From: Pavona decussata
Taxonomy: Eukaryota
Length of the DNA: 64,000 nt
Reading direction: 5' to 3'
Assembly: GCA_977016875.1 (NCBI GenBank)
Contig: CDRNST010000180.1
Span: 2,108,001-2,172,000, forward strand
Part shown: one piece after another, positions 15,001 to 26,903 of the stretch
Layout of the letters: each line of letters opens with the position of its first letter
How positions within the stretch are numbered: the first letter of the stretch is position 1
Translations under genes and position numbers: made by a program
Notes under the pieces: model-generated
The model's database searches: none
What the model was told of the DNA's origin: nothing
The model's input: the letters and a program-made list of their open reading frames with translations, nothing else

Positions 15001-15566
15001 ATCTAATAAAGAAAATTTTAAATTTCACACTGAATGACATTTTTACAACAGAAGCGGACCGAAGTCTCCCATAGCATATCATTTGCTTGAATGATCTTGA
15101 TGCTTGTGTGAGCTCGTGCTTCGGTGACACTTGTATATACTTTGTCCGAGCTGAAGGTAACTCAGCATAAGTCCTCAACAAAAGGTATTAATCTTCTTTA
15201 AACACTTTTACAGCCGCATTTTGCCTTTCAAGCCGTTAATATGCTATTTCCTTTTGGTTGGCCCGATCGTTTTGTTCTTTTGTAAGGTTTTTGTTTCGGG
15301 GTGAGATTTTTATCAGATGGCCACTTCATCGTGAAATGAAATCCAAATTAACCAAAATACAGACGATTTTATCTTCCTAGCGAGCTAGCAAATGGCGTCT
15401 GTTTGTTTTGCAGTAGTTAAACACACTCATTTCTGTCGAAATATTGCATAGTAGATGATATTATAACTTTTCAAAGCGTCACACATTGTTGGGGCACACC
15501 ATGTTCATGTTGAACACACACATGTAGTTCTTGTTAGATTAATCTGAAACTGTTTTACTTTAAGCA

Positions 15567-15991
15567 TTAAAGCGATAAATAGTTAGGAAAGTATTGAGGT
15601 GTAGGACGTTGAACAAAAATGTCCGGGTTTTGTTGGTAAGTTGGGGCGCTGTCACGAACAGAGCGCTGGAAACCTTGATGAAAACTTGGGTTGAAATGAC
15701 CGCCATTGGATTCATTCACTCCTTGCTTGCGACTGGACTCTTTAAGATCTCTCTTCCACTTCATTCGTCGATTTTGAAACCATATTTTTATCTGTGTCTC
15801 TGTAAGATCCAAGTTGGATGCTATTTCAATTCGTCGTGTTCTTGTCAAATATTTGCTAAAGTGAAACTCCTTCTCCAATTCAACTAGTTGTCGCTGCGTA
15901 AATGTGAACCTCTTCTTGTTGTTTGGAATGCTTTCTCGTTTTTTCTCCACGGTTGCGGTCTCCTCTTTTTCTGATCCATGAGATACAGTAA
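15567..15991 (-). CDS. Anthox6: Anterior Hox (PG1-like) Anthox6/HoxA copy 1, exon 2 (homeobox)
   Basis: Homeodomain [60 protein letters not shown]. Acceptor ttttcttcacatcaacAG is phase-compatible with exon 1. Stop TAA at 15569-15567. The joined CDS is 259 aa. Confidence 0.92.
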
Positions 15992-18539
15992 CTGTTGATG
16001 TGAAGAAAACGAAAAAAAGGTTTAACGATAGGAAAACTAGCTCTTTTAAAAGCCTATTCTTTGTTAAACCATATGTTAAGCTTGAAATACAACTCAGGTC
16101 GAGGTCTCGTTCATTTTGAAATCATTGATGCATCAAAGTCACATTTTTACCTACTTCGCAGCTTAAAGCTCGTTCAGCTAGTCAGGAATATCTTTAATCG
16201 AATGGTTTAAGCAGCGATTTTTAGCAGCGATTTTTCTGTGCATGTGGTTTATATTTTGTGTTTTCTTTTAGTTACTGTGCAAGGAAGGACAGGAAAGTAT
16301 GCATGGCCACGCCAGGGGATGATATTTTGCATTCAGTGGAGCCACTATGTTTAAAGATGAATGTAAACTGTTTCGGATGTGGTCGATAAGAGTAAAGATA
16401 ACCTCTTCTCTGATCATTCATATGAAGCGATAAAGATCTCTGAAAAACTAAGCGATTTCTCAACGCCATGTTAAAAGTACTTGAAGAAGAGATTATGGGA
16501 AGTCCAACAGCTCTTTGTCATTTGATGCATGATGTTTAATTTAACAATGATGTGCTACCGAATCCATTCTAGAGCCCGAAAAGTATTCTGCGTATATCTC
16601 TTCGACGGCTCATTCGGTTTATAGTTAGCACTATAGCTGAGTCGCTTTCTGTAGTAAGTTGTCGTACACAACTTTAGATTGAACGCTTCAAAGATGACCT
16701 TGATAGGCATGGCCCCTTTGTTTGCTGTGTTATTCCTGTCTGTGACACGAAATAGAAAGAACGCTTAGAGAGCACTATTTTTGACGATTAAATGTGTTTC
16801 CTTTCTTCCACTTGTCCTCTGTAAATCAGTTCAACTCATACGATTTATTTCTCACACTGTTGCAAATTTTGTTGTCACATCCGTTTGTGAATGTTTACTG
16901 TCATGGTTAGATATGGTTAGAAATTCTGAATACATAAAAGGATTGAATAATCTCGCTGATAGTCCTCTTTCAGTATTTCAGGGATTTGGACAGCTCTTCG
17001 AGTCTATCTGATATTATCAGTACTGGATTTGAAGTTGCATTAATGAAATTTTCCTAACTTAGGCTAAATACTTGTCCGCGTTTATCAAATTGTTTACGAG
17101 CTTGGCAAGGCCGAACTTATTTGTTGGTTTACAGACTATGTACATTGTAAATTTTACAGTTTCTTTAGCAATGTTTTGAACTTTATGGTCAATTTGAACT
17201 ACTTTTGAACTCCTCTATAAAAGAGGTTCGTATTCAATAAAATTCCCTAGTCATTCAAGAAGCGAATTTTCTTTGACAACATTCAGTTTTGAAAGAAATC
17301 TTTTGTACAAGAACAGACCATGATGATCAATGCAAATGTTTCACTCGAAAGCTTTCCTCTTAAATGTTGCCTTAGGACACTTCAACTGAGATAGCAAAAT
17401 TAATAGGATCACCTTGAGCAAGTCGGGTCATTCTCCAAATATTGATGGCCAGTCTGAGTGTTTAATAATTGAATTGCATTGAAATCAATTAAAAAGATTT
17501 TCACAAGTGCCTGAAAAATGTCAGCCGCACAAACGAAAATAAATTACCAATTTACAGGTTTTAATCGAAAAATTCGGTAAAGTAGTTCCTGTTTTTTGGT
17601 AAGTGCATAAATAAACAAGCTTACTAGCAGGTGTGAGGAACAAACTAAAAGAAAAGATTATGAATTTTTTGCTGTGGTTATTTTTGGTGTTGAGTTTGGC
17701 TCACTTGAGCGTTAAGATTATAAGCGATGTTAAGTTGTGATCTTGGCAATCGATTAGCGGTAACCGCAGTTAGAATTTGATTAACTAAATGTACTGTGGA
17801 ATAAAACTCACGGGTTACCTTGATTTATGAATTATATTGTGTCTTAGCTTTCGCCATAAGGCCATAAAATACCCGCACTAACTGACCTTCACCCTAAGGG
17901 AATTCAACTCATCGAATTCACTCTAGCGAGCAATTCTTGTTTTCAAAGACTACCTGAAGGTACTCGATCCCTACATTGAGGCCCCTAATACTAAAAATGC
18001 CACGCTTGTATGAAAATATAACTACACAGTCTCGTTACAACGTGGTTTATTTCAACGCTTTTTACGCAATATTTTCGCGTCTACTTCAATGGAAATACAA
18101 TCAGTTATTGCCGGGCAATAACTGACTTGATGTTCAATAGTCCATGTAGTATTGACGAGAAGCGGTATCCATTTTCACGCTAACTAAAAGAAATGGTTTT
18201 CGATAAACGGGCAGTAGAAAGTGTTACAAGAAATGTCTGAACTCGACACAATAAAGTTTGATCACAGCAATTCACTGCTTTAAATATTTGAAACCATTCG
18301 CTAAAGGGTTTTAACGAAGGCGTGATTACACGCACACTCAGGATAATTCACTGCAAAGCGTTTAACAAACATAGTCGAAAACCGCACGCTCGTAACTAAA
18401 CATACGAACTACTGTATAATAATATAAAAAATGTTATCAGGATTGTAAACTAGATTGATAGCTTGGGTAATAGGATTGTAACTGACATTAGATACAGCTA
18501 TATTCAAGTAATTTCACTTCAAGTAACTTAATTTGTTAC

Positions 18540-18894
18540 CTTTTCTTTTAGTGAACATCCACCGATAGTTTGCGGTCTGCCAGCGTTTTTTTTCCGCATT
18601 CTGAACTCTCACACTTTCATTTGAAGGCGGCTGCGATTGTGAAGAAGAAAACGGAAGAGATGATGGTGAAATCGGGAGCTCTCGGCTTGCCACTGGCATC
18701 GATGAAGCACCTAACGGAGCAGAGAAAGGAAGGAAGCTTTGAGGCGGCGAGTGAATGTTTATGTTCGGGTGCCGAGCGCTGTTTGGAGGATGTCGTAGAG
18801 GCATCGTCCGTCCAAAATCTACGCCATGGTAGTGTGGTGAAATAGCCGCTGTCAAGTGTGGTGCTGGCATCCTATAGCGCCAATCGTCCATCAT
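18540..18894 (-). CDS. Anthox6: Anthox6/HoxA copy 1, exon 1
   Basis: Starts MMDDW; Pro/Ser-rich N-terminus; hexapeptide-like NYRWM just before the phase-1 donor AAAG|GTAACA. Confidence 0.88.
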
Positions 18895-18961
18895 TTTGTT
18901 AGAGTCTAACCGTACCGGCTTCCAACTGCTGTTGCTAACTGACCAAGCGTACGACCGACAA

Positions 18962-19010
18962 TCAGTGAAAACGTACGTCGATGTGGGTGACTTATAAACC
19001 GGGGCGGGTT
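18962..19010 (-). promoter_or_regulatory. Core promoter of Anthox6 copy 1 (GC box + TATA-like + Inr-like)
   Basis: The minus strand reads CCCGCCCC-GG-TTTATAAG, with TTTCACT about 20-25 nt downstream, ~100 bp above the ATG. The GC box and TATA-like motif are conserved in all three copies. Confidence 0.55.
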
Positions 19011-20635
19011 CTACGTGCTGTGGTCAATTTATCGATTAATAGGATCAACGCACAAGTTATTTTACCAAAGCATGGTGCGCTCCGATGGAAGAGCTAAGAT
19101 CAGTATTTCGCTCCGCTTGGCAAAGACCAGAGGAAAATCTCCTAGGGTTTCAATTAGAGACCTCGCTTTCTCCTTTTCTCGGAAGTCTCTGAGCGAATCT
19201 GCAAGAGTCGCGCTGGGGGCCTTCAAAGATACAATGCGACGCACGCTTCAAAAATAATTAAAATTAAATCGTATTAACTTAATCAGCGAATGCTGAACAA
19301 TAGCTCGGAGTCAATCGTGTCTTTTTTTTCCAGATGGAAGGACAAAACGTTCCCACATATTTTAATATTAGCCTCCGGCAAATGGAATCTATTATTGAGA
19401 CCTTATGCCTCACTTTAGCAAAGTCATCTTATGTGGCCAGAAGCTTTGTATTTTTGATCGAAAAATAATTATAACAACAATTGAAGTTTCGACTTTTGTA
19501 ACCATCATTTTGTGTTGTCTTCTGACCCATACAAGAAGTAATGATTATTATTCCGTTATCTAAACTGCGAGTGAAGACGGAAGACCGCCTAGGAATAACG
19601 AGCCATTTTGCCAACTGTACCTTTGTGAGAAAAGGAGAAAACAAAGTCGCATATCACTTGTTTGGTATAAGGATACAGCGGGAATTCTTTTATAGTCAAC
19701 AGTCACCAGTTCAAAATATTGCGAAAATTTATAAATCTCTTTAATTAACATTATTTTTCACTTCAAAATAAATAACGTTCACCTTCGTGGCTCGAACTTT
19801 CGGTGAAATACCACTTAAAGTTTAATATATTCCGGAACTTTTAAGTTTTTTTTTTTTTCAAATCCGGCGTTTTTGTGATCTGTAGTTTTCAACTGCGTTA
19901 CGTGGCGATCGCGAAGGGTCTTCACGTTTCATCTAGCTTTCTGGTACAAGTTGTGTACAAACTGACTTACTCAAGCAGAAAGTTTGGTTTCAGTCGCGTC
20001 ATTTTGTGGCTGTTTAATGTGCAGATTACACGGGCTCCGTTGGATGGCGAAACTTCAGCGAAGCATAGACAAAAAAATTGAATAGATTTCACATTTTAAT
20101 AGGATGTTTCGTGCTGAGAGGTACAATAAGGCTCTTGCCGCATTGAGGCCACACAAACCTTAAAAGTTTTAATCGCGGTCTCAGTGAATGGCTTGCTACT
20201 ACTTGTATGAGCATGAACTGGTTTATATTGATTTCGCAAATACACCGTTGTGATTCCGTATAAATTGTTCAACGTGACTACATGTGTCCATATAGGATCT
20301 AAAAATAGAGATCACGAGCTGCCGTTTTAAGGCGTGTGTGGGCTGGACGTTTTGGCATCTAAAAAATCATCTGGGAGACACCAAAAGAATCACCTCAAAA
20401 TTGCTTGACATGGAATAAATTGCTTAGTTCTCGAAATATTTTATATTCTTTTTGTTTCTATTCATGATAGGTAATGCGTGTACCACGCTGTTACGTTTTT
20501 ATAAAGCGACCTCAGCAGTAAAGCATGATCGGGTAAATGACAAGAGAACTTTGAGGTTGTCATTGCAACGAGTTATTTTTACAGTAAAACATGTTTTCAA
20601 AATGAAAACTGTTGTCGTTTTTCTTAAAATTTTAC

Positions 20636-21004
20636 AGGGAGCTTTAGCAACGACGACGGTGATGGCAACGATAACGTCAAAAAAGCAATAGGCTTATAAC
20701 CAAAACCACAACTCTGCACGTGCATTACACTTTTTGGTACATTTCTTTACCGTCACCGCACGACTAGGATCTGAAATTTCCTGATGGGATGTTTTATGGA
20801 GGATGAAAACACACGAAGACTAATCTATTTTCTTTCTCTTGCTTAACTTGGGTGTGGTCTCCAGGAATTCAACTCCTGGAAATTTCACCTACATTTGACA
20901 TTTAAAGTGAGTTGGAATAATCGCGACGACGTTTGAAAAAACGCGAATTCGTTGTAATAAATAAATTTTTGCTTTTTTCGCCGTCGTCGTTGGTAAAGCT
21001 CCCT
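20636..21004. mobile_element. MITE
   Basis: TIRs AGGGAGCTTTAGCAACGACGACGG / CCGTCGTCGTTGGTAAAGCTCCCT (one mismatch in 24); not present in the paralogous region of copy 2. Confidence 0.8.
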
Positions 21005-22852
21005 TAGAACTCTGGTGCTAGGGCTTTTGCTATATGAAGAAATAATTCATAACAAGAATTCTTCATTGGAATACTTGGAAGATTTGAACATAATATGAAG
21101 GGTCTCCACCCATTTGTATTCCTCCAAGCTAACTTCTAGAATGCAATTTCGGTGCATAGGTCGAATTTTACCGCAAAATTAGTTTTTGTGTGGTTCAGTC
21201 TCCATTGTTTTTTCTCATGGGGTGGTATTGAAGTTTATGTTCGAAGACAGGTGTAAAATTTCTTAAACGAAGTAAACTTGGTATTTTAAAATTGAATGCT
21301 TCAATTTCAGATTTAATTTATATTAAGTTTCTTGTAAATGTTAATATAAACTCGGTTTACTTTTAAGTTTAGGTAATATCATTCAAAATTAACTCAGTTA
21401 CTCGAGAAAGATAAATCAATTTAAATAAAAACCTAACGGTGTAATTTATTCGTTGCACACTGAAGCGAATACCACTCAATATATATCTTTCCCATTCCCA
21501 AAATGCCATCAACCTCAAGTATAAGTAAATTTTAGGAACAGCGAGGAACAGTTAACTGAAAGCTTCTAGATCCATAGAAAGGCATCGAAAGTACATTACT
21601 AACGATAAAACTTAAAAGCGCGCTTTTCTCTGTGCCTTTCATAAAATAGTAATCGTTTCTCTCTTATAGAGCAATCGTAAATTATGTAATAGCATTTCAA
21701 GTGTTGAGTCTGGATGAAGTCCCAAAGTGTGACCATTTAGCCGTTCTGGGTGTTGAAAAAACCGCCTTTTCGCAATAGCAAGGGTAAAGAACTGCATGCT
21801 GCTGTGGTTATACAGAGGCGGTTTCCATAGTTCAAAGTCAAAAATGTCGTACTATGCATTAAACAATGCTACAGTGATTGTAGCCTTTCAAGGGATTCCA
21901 GAATTGAAAATGTCCCGCTGAGTCTAACTAAGGGGTCTAAAATAATCGATTTTTAAAACTCAAGAAATCTTTAAATTGAAGATGGTGTTGTGAATTGTAC
22001 TTTATACCAGTCTATCGCTGTTAAGAGATTTCACCGACAAGTCTGGCTTATTGCAAATTCCAGATATTTTATTTCATGCTAGCATACTTTCTCTCGAGGC
22101 AGGCTTTTGTTTCATATCTTATGAGGAAACAAAAGCTATTGAAAACTTGAACAGTTTGGTAGAAAGTTTCCACAAGGACTCCGCCGAGGCGAGATTAATC
22201 ATGTGCGTTCAGAGTTGAACATAAAGTCATCTCAGATTGATTACTTATAATTGCCTATTCCCTTTGCCACACATCTAAACTACAATAGTTGTTATGTTTC
22301 TCCTCGCATGTTGTATAAAAAACCTGTCCGGTACAGGAAAGCGGCCCCCGGCTGTTTCAGTCTTACAGCATTCGCGGTTTCTCAGCCCCTTGTACTTAAG
22401 AAATCGACGACTTCAAGAGAATAGCATTCTTAGTGTTATTTTGGGATAACGCCGAGGCAATACTTAAGGAACACATTATCTTCCTCATTCACTTAACTCC
22501 ACCACTCAGTCCCTTGGTCATTCACTCTACAACTTTTTCCTCCCTCTAAGGTGAAGCATGTAGGTTTTCTTGTCTGTAAGTGCATATAAGAATTAGTCTA
22601 CTAATATTATTCTCATACTGCAAGCAAGGTAACTTGTACACATGTCTAAAAAGCATAAACTGTCACAAGAATCGTAATTCCTCGAAATGCATTTCAGTCA
22701 AAAGTATATGGGGGCATTTGCTGTTTTTTGAACGCAATGTATGTCAAGTTACACTCAGCTTTAAACATGATTTCGCTCTCTTTGAAACAATTCCACACCA
22801 CGCATGCTCAGCATATTGTTATGTGACGTAGCTTCGACATCAGAACCGAACA

Positions 22853-22996
22853 ATCACATTACACAGCTCCGCGGTATGGCTGGTCAGTACAGGAGTCTGA
22901 GCCGGGTTATGCCATACTGATGAGGCTTAACAAGTCCGAAATAGCTGCGCATGGTTGTCACTACCCGGGTGATATGACTGTGCGCCATAGTGTGAC
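22853..22996 (+). mobile_element. Retrozyme/Penelope-like repeat with degenerate type I hammerhead ribozyme
   Basis: CCATA-CTGATGA-GGCTTAACAAGTCC-GAAA-TAGCTG-CG-CATGG at 22912-22954. Remnants of the same element lie at ~34996-35025, 36070-36146 and 43388-43464. Confidence 0.65.
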
Positions 22997-25900
22997 CAAT
23001 ACGTTTCAAATCATTTATTTTAAAGGACCCTAGAACGAGGTTGTGAACGATGCAACTCCGCACGTAAATCAATATGATTGAAATTCAAGATTGGTTTGCT
23101 CCTAAATGAAAAGAAAATTAGAATTTCGTTGGCAAAATCGAACTTGGATCTCCCGGAGCTAGGTGATACTCCTCGTAAGTTTTGGTAGAGATGTACCACC
23201 CGGTTCTCCAAACCTGAGAGAACTCATTCTCAGAAGAAAATTTGTTTATGGGAACTTAGTATCGATTTTATAGAGTCACGCTTTGCTTTTTTTTTTTTTT
23301 TTTCTTGTGTCTCTTCTACGAAAATCTCTTGAATTTCACATTTTCAGGGCGTGAAAGTTTGTTGTGGATGAGGTTGCATGTACATGGGCGAATGACTCGT
23401 TACTCATGTACTCATCAAAGAAGAGAAATTTTGTTTATAGGAACTTTGTAGCGAAATTCTAGAGTCACACTTTGCTCTTTATTTGTTTATTTTTACGTCC
23501 ATTCTACGAAAATCTTTGATGTTTTCAGAGCTGGCCTCTACTAACCCATATCCATTTTTAGCATGTCAAATGAATCTTTTTGGTTGTTCTTAGTTGTAAA
23601 AAGCAAACCAGTTGTTATCTTTGAAATTGTAATCAAGTCGGTTTACTGTAGACATGCTTCCCCCCCCCCCCCCCCCCCAGTTTTTGTGTAAAATTCTTTG
23701 TAATACACCGCTGTTTTGAGCGAAATCAATGCGTATAACATGAACATTTCGCCGATTCACTTTTTGGGAGTGGAACGAATATCTGGCAAATGACCTGCGG
23801 CAATTCTCAAGCGTAGAAAACTTAAAAGCAAACGCCCTGTAAAACTTTTGCAAAGACCTATGACGAAATAACCCGTTTACTGTAAAGTGCATGCAAACTC
23901 AGAACTGGACAAAATTCCCAGATTTCTATCAAGATATTCAGTAACACGGACATGAGGTACTAGAGAACTGCTGCTCAATAGCGTTCACCTGAATCGGCAC
24001 TAAGTATTTCGTTTACATTTCGTTTATTTCATGACAAATCATTTCAATTCAGCCCGGGATTTTTTTAAAGTTGAGTAGAAGTAACGGAAATCGAGAGAGG
24101 CCTAATATGAAACTTTCATGTGCGCTTAGGGTACCTTTTTATTCCGGGCTAAAACTTTCAGTTGACCTGCACTTCTCAAAAGCTCTATTTTCACTGGACC
24201 CTTATAACCTGCAGCTGCATTGTTTTTTAGGGTTGGGAGCATTGTTCTCTTGTTCGTTCTTTTGTCCTCTCGACCAACCATGTAAGACGTTACAAACGAT
24301 GCAGGTCGCCCCAAAACGTTCTCCATGCTATGGTAAACTCATTTCAAAACAGATTATTCACCGGACTGAGACTTCAGTTCACCGAAACTAGGACCAGCTA
24401 ACATTACAGTCGGCTATGACTGAAATCCTGTTTGTAATCGACAACTTAGAAATGAATTCATTGGATGACAGATGATTTGCGTGCTGAATGAAAGCGTCTA
24501 AGAACAGAATACCAGAATCTACATTGTCTGATGCGAAGCCGAGCGGCTATCTTTGAGAACTGAAGCATGTTGGAAACAACCTTTTGTCTGTTCAGTGCAA
24601 ACAAAACAACGAAAACTTGCGAAACATGTTGAGGTATTGAAAGCTTATACATGCACGTAAAGCAAAATTTTCCTTGTCAACGTGTATCTCTATAACTGAA
24701 GAGAGGTTGGTGGAAAAATTGTAAGGAAACAGAAAAGAAAAAGAGAATAAATACCATTTGAAATAAAAGCAAAATTCGGTGTCGTTTTCAATAGACCACG
24801 ACTGAAAAAAGCCCCCATTGTGAGCTACCGGAAATTCGTTGTTACGCACTATTACACTTGTTTTTGACAAACATGATATGGTTATTAGACCTTGGGCAAT
24901 AAGACAATTTGAAATTAAATATGTTATTTTTATTTCCGCCTGCTGATATTATTGACTTTATGAAGTGACGTTGAATTAGTGGACTTGACGTAGCCAGTGA
25001 CGTAACATAAACTGAAAGCTGTTGGACAGTACCCTGGCTATTGAATGGCATAATTGTCATCGAGCTAGCGCACGTTAGTTTTGCAATGCTTCTCGACATT
25101 ATGATACTCGATAAACAGCTAACAAAAGAAATGTGATGATAGGAAATTGTTATTAGTTCCAATGACGCTCACTAAACTTTGCCAAAGTATCAAAGCCTGG
25201 CAGAAATGTGGAAGATAACTAGACAACTCGTGTTGCTTTCAATCACTGCAAGGTGACAGTTCTTACCGGGTTTACAGACTTCAGGAACGAGCAACTGTTT
25301 TCAAGTCGACAATTAATCATGGAACGAAGTTAGAAGTGTGTACATCTTTATGAAAGCTTGTTTTGGACCAGTGTGCTTGGAATGATTTTACCATGCATCC
25401 AATGTATTGAAGCACACCTCAATGGTCTACACAGCCTCATGGTTAATCCTCTAGTCGCAACTAACTTCAAGGGAACTCTCCTTCTTGCGGTAAGAAACAC
25501 AGCCTTTGGCAGCATAAAGCTAAGGGAAAGATATGATTAGATGATTATATTACTACGATCTGACTTGGACATGAAGATTGCGGAGCCATTCCACCGATTT
25601 CATCCGTCCCTAAACAGTATATTGTTTCAAGGTTCAAGTACAATATGGCCACCGAAAGTTAAACACACTTTGATTATACTATGACAGGTAAAACACCGAC
25701 TATCGAAGGAAGTATAAAGTCCACAAGCAACAACGAGGAATGAACTAATCACGACATATTATTGATTATAGCCGTCCTGCGTCCAGTCTAAACACATGGC
25801 GTGTCAAACATCGCTTCTTCTGATCAAGTAGAAATTTTCTTTGAAAGTTCAGGAAATGTGACATTTCTAGTTAGAAAGGGGTAGAATTGAATACAGAATG

Positions 25901-26691
25901 TTCACCGATATACTCTGGATCCAAATTACCATATTGTTTTCGCGGACGTACTGCAGTTTTGTCAAAAACACTCTGTGACGAGAAATCGAGCGTGTCGTAA
26001 ACAAGTTGTTCCAAACAAGAATGAAGTAGGATTTGTTGTAGAATTTTAGCAGCCGTTCCTTGCAATCCTTTTATACGTTAAACTTTTGGTTTAATCTATT
26101 TCTAAGTGAAATTGTTTTCAGGGTAACAAATCGTTCTATGTTATGGCTAACCCCGCCCGACAGTCACCCATGCTCGAGAGAACCGGAAATGCCACGCTAT
26201 GCGCTATTGTCTTCAGCAGAACTTGTTTTTGAGAAACACGTTTTCGAAGAGCATTTTTGTGTAGCTCTTTTATATCGCCAGAAGCACCTGACACTGATCA
26301 AACACAATGTACAATGTAATACGAAAAACTTTATTTGCTCGTTTAGAACAGTATCGTGGCTGTACCGAAGTTCCTATGCACTGATTCCATAATTCGTTGC
26401 TCGTCGTACTGTTCGATTTCAAAACGACAATCGTAGGCACAAGCTGTATAGATTTATAGTCACAAAGAACGTTCAGAAATATCTGAAATCTTGGCAATCT
26501 AGACCGTTTATGGGGTCAGTAATTGAAACATCCTGGGGTTTTCCTCGGAAATCTACAAATTTGGAAAATGATTGGTGGCTGAGACTTGTGTACATGTGGC
26601 TCAGTGTACCCATAACTACTCCAAATGCCGGCTAAAGATCTAGTGACAGCCTCTCGGTTTGTTAATCTCCTGTTAAGTGGAATGTTGAAAA

Positions 26692-26903
26692 GCTCATTTT
26701 AGACTGTGTTCTTAGAGACCTGACCTTCGGGAAGAGGTGCTGGAGTTTGCTTGGTCTTGTTTACTGCTTTTCATTTGAAAATGACTAGTTAGCATAAGAA
26801 CAACCTATTTTTGTATATGAAAAGTCTTGAGGTTCAAAGTTAACTCCAGCCTCGCCTCTAACCAAAGGCTAGGTCACTAAGCACACAACTGTAAAATGGG
26901 TAA
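26692..26903. mobile_element. MITE (palindromic)
   Basis: Imperfect long TIRs CATTTTAGACTGTGTTCTTAGAGACCTGACCTT / AAGGCTAGGTCACTAAGCACACAACTGTAAAATG. Confidence 0.65.

Larger units (their letters stand above)
14826..24815. repeat. Segmental duplication unit 1 (Anthox6 copy 1 with flanks)
   Basis: Collinear similarity to ~28455-37098 and ~38327-45090 across the 3' flank, both exons, the intron and the upstream region. Confidence 0.85.

Noticed and set aside
18570-18845. Antisense ORFs over exon 1 and exon 2 in all three copies
   Set aside because: Shadows of the conserved sense CDS; their lengths differ between copies and there is no independent evidence.
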